64,000 bases of DNA from Lysobacterales bacterium (GTDB lineage Bacteria; Pseudomonadota; Gammaproteobacteria; Xanthomonadales; SZUA-5): the NCBI GenBank assembly GCA_022844165.1, contig JALHMH010000016.1, forward strand, positions 37,672-101,671, written 5' to 3'. This document shows, piece after piece, positions 38,234 through 49,476 of this stretch. Below the pieces are notes generated by a model that was not told the DNA's origin, made no database searches, and was given only the letters and a program-made list of their open reading frames with translations. How positions within the stretch are numbered: position 1 is the stretch's first letter; every line of letters begins with the position of its first letter. Made by a program: the position numbers and the translations under genes.

Positions 38234-38629
38234 ATGTTTGAATTGGCCTATGCCCTGTATCTGATCGCCTCCATTGGCATGACCATTTGGGTGGCACGCG
38301 TGCTGTCGTCGAGTGGCGAGAACTTTCTGGTACGCTGTTTTGGTCAGGACGTCGAGTTGGCGCGATCGACCAACCGACTGCTGGTCATCGGCTTTTATCT
38401 CGTCAACATCGGCTTTATCTGTCTGCGGCTCAAGAGCCCAGGCTTGGTCGACGCTGCGCTGATTCCCGCCGTGGGTTCGAGTGTTGGCCTGTCGGTGCTG
38501 GTGCTGGGCGGCATGCATTTTTTTAACATGGCGATGATTGCCCGCTACGGGCGCCTCGTGAACAGCTGGCTGGCCGAACGCAAGAACGCTGAAGAGTACC
38601 TCGCCGCGGTTGCCAGCCAGCGCAAATAG
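38234..38629 (+). CDS. Small integral membrane protein
   Basis: Three hydrophobic segments; NRLLVIGFYLVNIG, LGGMHFFN. Confidence 0.8.
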   Translation: MFELAYALYLIASIGMTIWVARVLSSSGENFLVRCFGQDVELARSTNRLLVIGFYLVNIGFICLRLKSPGLVDAALIPAVGSSVGLSVLVLGGMHFFNMAMIARYGRLVNSWLAERKNAEEYLAAVASQRK

Positions 38630-38785
38630 GCCCAGACGGTTGCGGCACCGTCCTCGGCGCGCCACACGCTGGGGCGGCGCCCGGCCCGTTTCTGAGCGGA
38701 TCATTCACGGCTGACGACCCGTAACAACCGAGCCCTAGGCTGTGGACTATTCTCGAGGATTAACTCTATTGTGATGGAAAGTAGG

Positions 38786-41464
38786 ATGAGCCAAAGCGAA
38801 GCATCAACGACTCACGCTGCCGTTGCCTGGGCCACTGCGGCGACCCCCGGGACCCGCGATGCACTGGCGCGCGCTCAGGCGCGTGGCAACGCATCCATTG
38901 CCGACAGCAACACGCGTCGTGCCGCCTACCACGCCTCGCAATCGGACCAACATCGGGCGCGCTGGCCACTGCAGTTATTGCCCAACTTCGACGCAGACTT
39001 CGCAGGGATCGCCAAAGCCATCGCCGATCCGAACCCGCAGGCGATTCAGAATGCCACCGATGAGCGCGAGCGGATCGAACTCATCCGGCCCATGCTGAAC
39101 GCGCTCGCTGCGGATCCGGACATCACGTTGCCGGCGCTGCTGAAGGTGATCCGCTGGTTCAATCTGCTGAGTTTGCAGCAGGGTTCAGTGCATCACGATC
39201 TATCTCGTTTCATCAATGCCCGCATTGCCGCGCTGGCGTCACCGACGCTCGCCGAATTGGGCGATGCGCTGGTCGACATGGGTTTGTCGGCGTACCGCAT
39301 CATTCTGGCCATGGTCGGCACCTGGTCGCGTCTGGCGCAAGCCGCGCCCGTTGCCACGGGGTTGACGTTCTACCGCAGACACGTCGATGCGCTGGTTGGT
39401 TGTTTCGAGCCATCGATCTTGAGCCATGATTCAGTCGACCGTCGCGCGTTGTACCGCATTTTCGCAGGCTTCGACGATCCGCCTGCGGCGCTGGTCGATC
39501 GCATTTTCGAGCTCGCCTTGGGCAGCGGTAAAACCGAACGTGGGCCAGCGCAGGCGGCGCTCGAAACCGATCCGGCTCATCTAACACGCATCGTTGCCGC
39601 ATTGGCCGATGGCAAAGCGGAGACGCGTACGCAAGCGGCGGCCTGGCTCGGACGGATGCGCTATCTGCCGGCGCTGTCGGCACTCGAAAAAGCCGTGCGC
39701 AGCGAGAAGAACGACCTGGCGAAGGGGGCTTTGCTCGATGCTTTGCAGCGCCTGGGTCAACCAGTGTCGGCCTACGTCGATCGCACAGTGTTGCTCAAAG
39801 ATGCGCAGAAGCTGCTGGCCAAACCGATCCCTGCGGAATTGAGTTGGGTGGTTTGGGACACTATGCCAGCGGTGCGCTGGGCAGACAGCCTTGCGCCGGT
39901 CGATGCCGATGTGCTGCGCTACCTGATCGTCAATGCCTGCAAACAGAAAACGCCCGAACCGAACGCCGTATTACGCAAGTACAGCGAGCTGTTCGAGGAG
40001 AGCGATCGTGCGCGCTTTGGCGAATGGGTACTCGCCTCGTGGATCGCGGCCGATTCGAAACCGGATCCGTACCACGTGATTGAACGCAACGCGCAGAGGA
40101 ATGCTCAGTCGATGCACGCCCACTATCAGCGCAGCGCGGCAGCAGACGACCCGATCCGAGCCCGCACCGTCGAGCAGTGGTATGCCCGTTATCTCGCCGA
40201 GTTCGCCAAACAGCCGGTGGGCTCGGAAATCGCCAGCAAGGGCGTGCTCGCTGTCGCCGCAGCCTGCGGCAGCGCCGCGTTGGCCCCGCCCGTGGCGCGT
40301 TATCTCAAAGACTACTACGGCACGCGCGCCGCGCAATGCAAAGCGTTGATCGCGATGCTCGCCTGGGTGGCGCATCCGAGCGCGGTGCAGTTGATGTTGG
40401 CGATCGGCAAACGCTTCCGCACCAAGGGCATCCAGGAAGAAGCCAACAAGCAGGCATTGCTGCTGGCCGAGCGCAACGACTGGACGCTGGACGAATTGGC
40501 CGACCGTACCGTTCCGACCGGTGGACTGGACGACGACGGCGTACTTGAACTGAGCTTCGGCGAACGCGTTTTTAGTGCGGTGCTCAAGCCTGACGCGAAA
40601 GCTGGCCTGAAACTGGAATTGCGCAACCCCGATGGCAAGACCATTGCCGCACTGCCCGATCCGCGCGCCGACGACGATGCCGAACTGGCGGCCAGCGCGA
40701 AAAAGAATCTGGCGCTCGCCAAAAAAGAAATCAAGACTGCGATCGACGCCCAGAGCCAGCGCCTCTATGAAGCGCTATGCACCGCCCGCACCTGGCGTTT
40801 CGAGGTCTTCGATCGCTATCTGCATCGGCACCCGCTTATGAGCCACCTGGTGCAACGCCTGGTTTGGTGTACGACCGATGGTCTGAGCTTCAGACCAATG
40901 GCCGATGGCAGCCTGAGCGGCAACGACGACAGTGCAGTTGCCATCGCCGCCGATGCAGAAATTCGGATCGCCAACGATTTGTGGTTAGATGATGCGACGA
41001 TGAGCGCCTGGCAGCAGCATTTGAGCGACTACGAGATCAAACCGCTGTTCCAGCAGTTCGGAAAGGGTCGCTATGCGCCAGCCGACGCCAGGGCCAATGC
41101 GCTGACCGATGCCAAGGGCGTGGTGATGGACGCGTTCACGCTGCGTGGGCGCATGGCCAAGCTCGGCTTCTCGCGTGGGCCCGTCGAAGATGGCCCAAGT
41201 TTCAATACCTACGAAAAGCGTTTACCAAGCCTGCGTCTGGGTGTGATTCTGGAGTTCTCAGGCAACTCGATGCCCGAGGAGAATCGCAAGGTCGCGCTGA
41301 TCGAGATGCGCTTCGTGCGCCTGGGTGAATTGCAATATCAGATGCAAACGCTCGCCTTGGGCGACGTGCCTCCCGTTCTGCTGGCTGAGAGCTATTACGA
41401 CTTGAAGACGCTGGCACGCGATGGCGTGCTTGATCCGCAATGGCGGGAACGCTACGACCACTGA
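38786..41464 (+). CDS. DUF4132-domain protein (YehI/MolR-like) with HEAT-like repeats
   Basis: WTLDELADRTVPTGGLD, QSQRLYEALC..RTW, HPLMSHLVQRLVW, WQQHLSDYEIKPLFQQF. Confidence 0.85.
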   Translation: MSQSEASTTHAAVAWATAATPGTRDALARAQARGNASIADSNTRRAAYHASQSDQHRARWPLQLLPNFDADFAGIAKAIADPNPQAIQNATDERERIELIRPMLNALAADPDITLPALLKVIRWFNLLSLQQGSVHHDLSRFINARIAALASPTLAELGDALVDMGLSAYRIILAMVGTWSRLAQAAPVATGLTFYRRHVDALVGCFEPSILSHDSVDRRALYRIFAGFDDPPAALVDRIFELALGSGKTERGPAQAALETDPAHLTRIVAALADGKAETRTQAAAWLGRMRYLPALSALEKAVRSEKNDLAKGALLDALQRLGQPVSAYVDRTVLLKDAQKLLAKPIPAELSWVVWDTMPAVRWADSLAPVDADVLRYLIVNACKQKTPEPNAVLRKYSELFEESDRARFGEWVLASWIAADSKPDPYHVIERNAQRNAQSMHAHYQRSAAADDPIRARTVEQWYARYLAEFAKQPVGSEIASKGVLAVAAACGSAALAPPVARYLKDYYGTRAAQCKALIAMLAWVAHPSAVQLMLAIGKRFRTKGIQEEANKQALLLAERNDWTLDELADRTVPTGGLDDDGVLELSFGERVFSAVLKPDAKAGLKLELRNPDGKTIAALPDPRADDDAELAASAKKNLALAKKEIKTAIDAQSQRLYEALCTARTWRFEVFDRYLHRHPLMSHLVQRLVWCTTDGLSFRPMADGSLSGNDDSAVAIAADAEIRIANDLWLDDATMSAWQQHLSDYEIKPLFQQFGKGRYAPADARANALTDAKGVVMDAFTLRGRMAKLGFSRGPVEDGPSFNTYEKRLPSLRLGVILEFSGNSMPEENRKVALIEMRFVRLGELQYQMQTLALGDVPPVLLAESYYDLKTLARDGVLDPQWRERYDH

Positions 41465-41477
41465 GACCGATCAGACG

Positions 41478-42566
41478 ATGGATCCAACAAAAAAACGCGT
41501 TCTGCGCGCGCCAGCCGAGGATGTTTATGCCGGGCAGCTGGCGCAGATCGCTGCGAGCGATCGCGACGCGCGTCCCGCTGGCTGGCGGTTGTCGCCGCGC
41601 GCGGTGCGCCGCTTCGTACTGGGTGATACCACGCTCGGCATCGCGCGCAAGTTTTACGGCGACGATGCTTTGGTCGATCGCTGCATCGTCACACTGATGA
41701 GTCACCGCGGACTGTTATTGGTCGGTGAGCCGGGTACCGCGAAGTCGATGCTCTCCGAACTGCTCGCTGCGGCGATCAGCGGCGATTCGACGTGCACCAT
41801 TCAAGGCACCTCGGGTAGCAACGAGGATCAGATCAAATACGGCTGGAACTATGCGCTGCTGCTGGCCGAAGGCCCGAGCGAACGCGCGCTGGTGCCCGGA
41901 CCGATGCATCGCGCGATGCAGCGCGGCGCGATGTGCCGCTTCGAAGAGTTGACCCGCGTGCAGCCGGAAATCGCAGATTGTTTGATCAGCCTGCTGTCCG
42001 ACAAGGCCATGCAGATTCCGGAACTCGGCGAGTCGACTTTGTTCGCCGCGCCAGGGTTCAACGTGATCGCCACAGCCAACATCCGCGACCGCGGCGTCAA
42101 CGAAATGTCCTCTGCTTTGAAGCGCCGCTTCAATTTCGAAACGGTCAAACCGATTGCCGATCGCCAGCTGGAGATGCGACTGATCCGCGAGCAAACCCAG
42201 GCGCTGCTCGATGAAGCGGCCATCGATCTGCAACTCAATAGCGATGTCGTCGAGCTGCTGGTCACCGCGTTCGCCGATTTGCGCAACGGGGTCAGTGCCG
42301 AAGGCATCGCCATCGAAAAGCCGACGGCCGTGATGTCTTCCGCCGAAGCGGTAGCCGTGGGTTATGCGGCCGCGCTGGATGCCTATTACTTCGCTGATGG
42401 TGATTTGCACGGCGGCCATGTCGGCAGGCAACTGATCGGCACGGTGCTCAAAGATGAGCCAACGGATGGCGCCAAGCTCAAGCACTACTTCGACGTGATC
42501 GTCAAAGCACGTGCGCAAACGCAGGCGCCGTGGCGACAAATGCTCGCAGCCCGCGCCGAGCTGTAG
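41478..42566 (+). CDS. MoxR-clade AAA+ ATPase, YehL-like
   Basis: GWRLSPRAV, GEPGTAKS, RFEELTR, ATANIRDRGVNEMSSALKRRF. Confidence 0.92.
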   Translation: MDPTKKRVLRAPAEDVYAGQLAQIAASDRDARPAGWRLSPRAVRRFVLGDTTLGIARKFYGDDALVDRCIVTLMSHRGLLLVGEPGTAKSMLSELLAAAISGDSTCTIQGTSGSNEDQIKYGWNYALLLAEGPSERALVPGPMHRAMQRGAMCRFEELTRVQPEIADCLISLLSDKAMQIPELGESTLFAAPGFNVIATANIRDRGVNEMSSALKRRFNFETVKPIADRQLEMRLIREQTQALLDEAAIDLQLNSDVVELLVTAFADLRNGVSAEGIAIEKPTAVMSSAEAVAVGYAAALDAYYFADGDLHGGHVGRQLIGTVLKDEPTDGAKLKHYFDVIVKARAQTQAPWRQMLAARAEL

Positions 42567-42579
42567 TCGGCCCGGCGTC

Positions 42580-44958
42580 ATGAGCGCGCTGCCCGACTAT
42601 CGCCAGCAAGCGCGTACGCTGATTGGCGATCGCGCCATCGTGTTTCCAATCCGCCACCATAGCCCGGCGTGTGCATTGCAACTCGCGGCTTTGATGCGCG
42701 TTCGGCCGCCAGCGGAAATCCTGATCGAAGGACCGGCGGATTTCACATCGCTGCTGCCGGCGCTGGCGCACAGCGAAGCGCGCCCGCCGCTGGCGATCTA
42801 TGCCTATCAAATTGCAAAAGACGGCGCGCGGCGTGCTGCCTACTATCCGTTCGCCGAATGCTCGCCCGAATGGGTGGCGCTGCGCTTCGCTGCCGAACAC
42901 GGAATTCCGTGCCGTTTCGTGGATCTGCCGTTTGCGGCAACGGCGGCTGACGAACCACAAGAGCGATCGCTACAGGACGAGCGCCACTTGCAGCGCAGCG
43001 CGCATTTGGCGTTACTTGCATCGCGCCTCGGCTGCCGCGACCACGAGGAACTTTGGGAGCACCTGTTCGAGATTCCGGCGCCGAGCCTGAGTCTCGCGGA
43101 GCACGTGGCGCGAATTCTGGCCTATTGCGAGCTGGCGCGTCGCGACTACACGCAGACCGATCTGTTCGCCGATGGCACGCTGGCGCGTGAAGCGTATATG
43201 GCGGATGAGCTCCAGCAGGCGCTGGCTCGGCAAGCGTCGTCGGACGCGCCGGTTTTGTTAGTGCTCGGCGGCTTTCACGCGCTGGCTGTGTTGCAGGCCG
43301 ACACACCAGCGCCGCGGCCGCTCAAGCCGCGCGCGCTGCATGACAGCGGCGCCGCACTCATTCCGTTCTCGCAGCAGCGGCTCGATCGGCTGAACGGTTA
43401 CGCCGCCGGTATGAGCGCGCCTGGCTGGCATCATCATCTGTATCTCACGCTGCGCGGGAAACTGCTCTGGACGCCAGCGCAGTTGCGCCGTGTGCGCGCA
43501 CAGCAAGCGCTATCGCTTCTGCTGCGGCTGGCTGAGGACGTGCGTGAGCGTCGCGCCCTGCCGATGCCGACTGTGCGCGCCGCGCTGGACCACGCCCAGG
43601 GTCTCGCGGTGCTGCGTCAGCGCGGCGCCATTGCGCGCGAGGATGTGCGCGATGCGGTGCGCAGCAACTATCTTCAGGGCGACGACGATCTCGATGCGGA
43701 CAACATGCTGTCCGCGCTGGACGCATTGATGACTGGCAGCGGCATGGGCCAGGTGCCGCGCGATACCGGCACGGTGCCCTTGCTGCGCGATTTCATGACG
43801 CGCGCTCACGTCTGCCGCCTGAAGCTGGATGGCATCGAGGCCCGGCAAACCTCGCTGCAGCTGTATCGGCGCCCGACGCACCGTCGCACCTCGCAGTTGC
43901 TGCACGCCAGTTTGCTGCTCGGGATACCGTTTGCGATCAAGCTCGCCGGACCCTCGATCGCGCAGGCGGTGGACCTCGGCCGCGCCACTGAGCGCTGGCA
44001 ATATCAATACACGCCAGCCACGGCAGCGGCGATCGTCGAGGCTTCCGTGCATGGTCCCTCAGTCGAAGAAGCACTGCGCCATGCCTTCGCGCGGCAACTC
44101 GACCAGGCGCTGGCGCGCGGCGAGGCGCGCTCGGCCGCGGCAGCCGTGCGCTGGCTGGAGAAGGCGTGCCTGGCGGGACTAAAAGCGACGCTGCCGCAAC
44201 TCGCGGAACTGGTGCAACAGGCGCTGCTCGATGATGCGGCGGTTCCATCGCTCGCCCAGGCGGTGGTCGCACTGCATCGTATGCTGCGCTCTGAGGCGCT
44301 CGACGAGGATCGCCTGACGTCGCTGCCACCGCTGCTCACGCGTGCCTGGCAACGCGCGCTGCATTTGTCACAGCTGCCCGGCGCCAGCGGCGATTCTGAA
44401 GCCTGTGCGTCGGCACTGGTCGAGTTGCGCGTGGTCGCTGAGACTTCACCACAACTCGTCGATCGGGATCTGCTCGATGAAGCGCTCCGATATCTCGCCG
44501 ATGCGCATCCCTCGCCCTTGGTACGAGGTTGCGCGGTGGCGCTCGCGTACGCTCGCGACGTGTTCGACGAAACGCAGCTGCAGTTGCGCTTGCGTGGCCA
44601 CCTGGCTGGCACACTGGCGCCGGGCGATGCCGTTTCCTTTCTACGCGGCGTGCTCGGCGCCACGCGTGAACTCGCCTGGCAACAGGCAGCGTTAATTGAG
44701 ACCATCGATACGCTGTTGCGTAGCTGGGATGACGCCAGCTTTGTGCATTATCTGCCGGAGCTGCGGTTGGCCTTCTGCGAATTGACGCCGCACGAAACCG
44801 ATCGCGTTGCTGCAGCTGTCAGCGCGCACATCGGCGGCGAGGTGGTGCCGGAGTTCGGTGCCATCGACGCGCTGGACTTGCAGCGTTTGCTGGCCGCCGA
44901 TCTCGCCGCGCAGCAGCGCCTCGCGGCGGATGGGCTGAGCCATTGGTGGCCGGCATGA
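42580..44958 (+). CDS. DUF5682/YehM-like protein
   Basis: PIRHHSPACA, LIEGP, YYPFAECSPEWVA, REAYMA, GGFH, GYAAGMSAP. Confidence 0.88.
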   Translation: MSALPDYRQQARTLIGDRAIVFPIRHHSPACALQLAALMRVRPPAEILIEGPADFTSLLPALAHSEARPPLAIYAYQIAKDGARRAAYYPFAECSPEWVALRFAAEHGIPCRFVDLPFAATAADEPQERSLQDERHLQRSAHLALLASRLGCRDHEELWEHLFEIPAPSLSLAEHVARILAYCELARRDYTQTDLFADGTLAREAYMADELQQALARQASSDAPVLLVLGGFHALAVLQADTPAPRPLKPRALHDSGAALIPFSQQRLDRLNGYAAGMSAPGWHHHLYLTLRGKLLWTPAQLRRVRAQQALSLLLRLAEDVRERRALPMPTVRAALDHAQGLAVLRQRGAIAREDVRDAVRSNYLQGDDDLDADNMLSALDALMTGSGMGQVPRDTGTVPLLRDFMTRAHVCRLKLDGIEARQTSLQLYRRPTHRRTSQLLHASLLLGIPFAIKLAGPSIAQAVDLGRATERWQYQYTPATAAAIVEASVHGPSVEEALRHAFARQLDQALARGEARSAAAAVRWLEKACLAGLKATLPQLAELVQQALLDDAAVPSLAQAVVALHRMLRSEALDEDRLTSLPPLLTRAWQRALHLSQLPGASGDSEACASALVELRVVAETSPQLVDRDLLDEALRYLADAHPSPLVRGCAVALAYARDVFDETQLQLRLRGHLAGTLAPGDAVSFLRGVLGATRELAWQQAALIETIDTLLRSWDDASFVHYLPELRLAFCELTPHETDRVAAAVSAHIGGEVVPEFGAIDALDLQRLLAADLAAQQRLAADGLSHWWPA

Positions 44959-46064
44959 GCGCGGCGCGTTGGCGGCTGCTCTTAGGCCACTACGCGCAGG
45001 CTAGACTCGGTGCGTTGGACGGCATTGCCGCCGAGCGCGATGCGGCGCTCGGCTATTTGTATGGTCGCGAATACCAGCGCGATGGCGGTCGCGGAATACG
45101 CCATTTGCAGCCTGGGACCTTGGATGCATCGCAGCTGACCGCGGTCGATTGGCTGGCCAAAGTGCGCGAGCTGTTTCCGCGCGACACGGTGGAGATCATC
45201 GAAGCGCACGCGCTGGAGCGTTATCGCCTCACCGAGTTGCTTGGGGATCCGGCGGTTCTGGAGAAACTGGAACCCAACGAAGCCCTGCTGCGAACGCTGC
45301 TCAGTGTGCGCTCGCACCTGAAGCCCGAGGTGCTTGCGACCGTGCGCAGGATCGTCCGCCAGGTGGTGGCGCAGCTGCGTCGTCGGTTCGACACTGACGT
45401 GCGCCGCACGCTGTCCGGGCGCCGCCATCGGCTGCGCGAATCGCCACTCAGAGTTGCGCAGAACTTCGACGCGCGCGGCACCGTTCGGCGCAACTTGAAG
45501 CACTTCGATCGCCAACGCCAGCAGTTGGTCATCGAGCGCGCGCGCTTCTTCGACCGCAACGCACGACGCCTGCCGTGGGATTTGTTCCTGTGCGTGGATC
45601 AGAGCGGCAGCATGGCCGACAACGTCATACACAGCGCCGTGCTCGCATCGATCCTGTGTGCGCTGCCGGCGCTCCGTGTGCGCCTGGTGTTGTTCGATAC
45701 CAGCGTGGTCGACTTGAGCGCACACATCGACGATCCCACCGAGGTGCTGATGCGCGCACAGCTCGGGGGCGGCACCGACATCGCCAAGGCGCTGCGATAT
45801 TGTGCGGGCAAAATCGAACAACCGCAGCGCAGCGTGCTGATTCTGATCAGCGACTTTTGCGAAGGCGGCCCGCTGAGCGTGCTGCTCAGAACCGTCCAGC
45901 AACTGGCGGCGGATCGCGTCAAGTTGCTCGGCCTGGCCTCGCTGGCGCAAGGCGAAGCCCACTACGATCGCGAGATCGCCGGGCGCCTGGCAGCGCTCGG
46001 CATGCAGATCGCCGCACTGACGCCGCGCGAGCTTGCGGCGTGGTTGGTCAAGGTCATTTCGTGA
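44955..46064 (+). CDS. vWA-domain (CoxE-like) protein, YehP-like
   Basis: RWRLLLG, MIDAS DQSGSM, FDTSVVDL, GGGTDI, ISDF. Confidence 0.92.
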   Translation: MSAARWRLLLGHYAQARLGALDGIAAERDAALGYLYGREYQRDGGRGIRHLQPGTLDASQLTAVDWLAKVRELFPRDTVEIIEAHALERYRLTELLGDPAVLEKLEPNEALLRTLLSVRSHLKPEVLATVRRIVRQVVAQLRRRFDTDVRRTLSGRRHRLRESPLRVAQNFDARGTVRRNLKHFDRQRQQLVIERARFFDRNARRLPWDLFLCVDQSGSMADNVIHSAVLASILCALPALRVRLVLFDTSVVDLSAHIDDPTEVLMRAQLGGGTDIAKALRYCAGKIEQPQRSVLILISDFCEGGPLSVLLRTVQQLAADRVKLLGLASLAQGEAHYDREIAGRLAALGMQIAALTPRELAAWLVKVIS

Positions 46065-47998
46065 GCATTCTGACGACGCTCGTCCATCGCTTGCGCGCTT
46101 TCGATGAGGCGGCATGGGTCTCGCTGGCCAATCGCGGACTGTATCGGCGCGCGCTCAAGGATCTCGAACAAGCAGCGCCGTCGCTGAGCGACCATGCATC
46201 GCACGTCGAGATCGCGTTCGCCGGGCAGCGCATTCGCATCGCAAGCGCCGACCCGCGCTCTGCGCTATGCGACTGTCGCGCGCCCAGCGCCTGCCAGCAT
46301 CGCCTCGCCGCGCTGATCTGGTTGCAGCGCCAGGCATGGTTGCCTGGCGATGAGGCTCAAGGCGCGTGCCCGGAGGTCGCGACGGTGGACTACGAGGCGC
46401 TGTTGGCGATCGACGACGCCGCGCTCAAGGTCCACGCCGGCGCTGCCGGCTATCGTTGGGCGCTGAACTACGCAGCCGATCTCGATCTGACGCGCGATTT
46501 CCGCATCATAGAGGGGCGTTATCCGGTATTGCAGCTGCCGCGCCTTGGCTTCGAGTTGCGTTGTATCGGCGCTGACCTCAGCCAGATGCTGACGCGACCA
46601 GAAACCACGGCGACGAAGAAGCACACTGCAGCAGCCTTGCTCGCGTTGCGACGGGCGCACGGTCAGACGCTTCCCGCCGTCGAAGAATCCATCGTCAGCA
46701 ACGACGCCGCGGCGCGTCAGCGCATGCTGGCGGAGGTGGCCCTCTTTGCCCGCGAAACCATCGATATTGGCATCGCCCACCCCTCACCATCGATGCAACA
46801 GCATGCCGATGCGCTCGCCAGCTGGGCGCAATCGCTGGGTTGCACGCGCCTCGCAGCGACGCTGCGACGCTGCGCCGATCAAATCGAGGCGAGCTGCGCG
46901 CGATTGGCGCACAGCGATAGCGAGGATTTGCTCGACGAATTGGCGCTCGCGTTCGCCCTCGCTGAAGCCCTGCAGCAGGCATCGGCCGACGGAAGTGCGC
47001 AACGCGCGCCGCGCGAGTTGTACGGCGCCACGCGTCGCCAATACGAGGAATCGGACGCGCTGGAGCTGGCCGCACTCGCCGCCTGGCCGTTCCTGACGGC
47101 CTCCGGCTTCAAGGGGCTGAGCGTGTTGTTCTACGCGCCGGCCGACGGCGAGTTTCTCACGCTCACCGACGCACGTGCAGCCAGCACCTTGTTCGATCCG
47201 CTGGCGCGCTTCGAGCAGGGCGGACCGTGGCGCGGCATGGCCTGTCCACGCGCGCTGCTGGGTTGCGCCGTTGTCGTGCAGAACGCGCGTCGCGCCGACG
47301 GCCGACTGTCGGCGAGCGATGAAACGCGCGTCGATACAGTGCGTGCGCTCGCCGGCGACGATCGATCGCTGCCACCGGCAATCGACGACTGGCGCGAGCT
47401 GGCGATGCTCGAAAGCGCCTCGATTCTGCGCGGCGGCGCCGATCGCTTTTTCCTGCTGCGACCGACGCGCTGGCAGCGCGCGCATTTCGATCCGCATCGC
47501 CAGGTGCTGCATTGGCGGCACCACGACGCACAGGGCAGCACGCTCACACTGACGCTGCCATACAGCCCATTGCAGGCGCGCGCCGTGGCCGCATTCGAGC
47601 ACTACTCGGCGCAGCCCGCGACTGGCTTGATTATCGCCCGACAACGCGGCGCTGACCTGGAGCCGCTGGGCTGGCTGCGTGCCGAAGGCCAGACCTGGCG
47701 TGCCGGCACACCGTATTTCGACCAGGCCGTCGGCGAGGCTGGCGCGTTGGCTGATCCGCATCGCTCAAACAACAGCGAACCGCCGGCGCTCAGTCGATTG
47801 CGCGCCACATTGCAGCGCACTGCAGAACGCGGCGTCAGTCAAGGTCGAAACGCCGAACTCGCTTCCCTCCAGCGCCATGCCAATGGCCTGGGGCTGATGC
47901 AATTTGCCGCCGTGCTTGACCCAGACAGCGGCGCTGTCGCCGTGCTCCGCGGCTGGCTGTTCTTGCGCCAACTGCAGGCAGAGCTGCTGTCGCGATAA
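46061..47998 (+). CDS. SWIM zinc-finger protein, YehQ-like
   Basis: LANRGLYRRALKDL, CDCRAPSACQH; GTGA overlap with the vWA gene. Confidence 0.85.
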   Translation: MSILTTLVHRLRAFDEAAWVSLANRGLYRRALKDLEQAAPSLSDHASHVEIAFAGQRIRIASADPRSALCDCRAPSACQHRLAALIWLQRQAWLPGDEAQGACPEVATVDYEALLAIDDAALKVHAGAAGYRWALNYAADLDLTRDFRIIEGRYPVLQLPRLGFELRCIGADLSQMLTRPETTATKKHTAAALLALRRAHGQTLPAVEESIVSNDAAARQRMLAEVALFARETIDIGIAHPSPSMQQHADALASWAQSLGCTRLAATLRRCADQIEASCARLAHSDSEDLLDELALAFALAEALQQASADGSAQRAPRELYGATRRQYEESDALELAALAAWPFLTASGFKGLSVLFYAPADGEFLTLTDARAASTLFDPLARFEQGGPWRGMACPRALLGCAVVVQNARRADGRLSASDETRVDTVRALAGDDRSLPPAIDDWRELAMLESASILRGGADRFFLLRPTRWQRAHFDPHRQVLHWRHHDAQGSTLTLTLPYSPLQARAVAAFEHYSAQPATGLIIARQRGADLEPLGWLRAEGQTWRAGTPYFDQAVGEAGALADPHRSNNSEPPALSRLRATLQRTAERGVSQGRNAELASLQRHANGLGLMQFAAVLDPDSGAVAVLRGWLFLRQLQAELLSR

Positions 47999-48080
47999 CC
48001 CGCGGCACGCCGGCGATCCCGATTCCTTGACGGATATCGCAGCTTGCGACACCGTCGATAACGCAATCAGCCTCGAGGCC

Positions 48081-49475
<1,395 letters not shown>

Positions 49476-49476
49476 C

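Noticed and set aside
38627-38739. TAG-bounded intergenic segment with a hairpin before the DUF4132 gene
   Set aside because: End similarity to the other elements is marginal; the hairpin may simply be a terminator.
44982-47761. Long antisense or alternate-frame ORFs (e.g. 44982-46115, 46784-47761, 50131-51636, 3270-4226, 10984-11988)
   Set aside because: Shadow ORFs typical of high-GC DNA, overlapping well-supported genes and lacking motifs.
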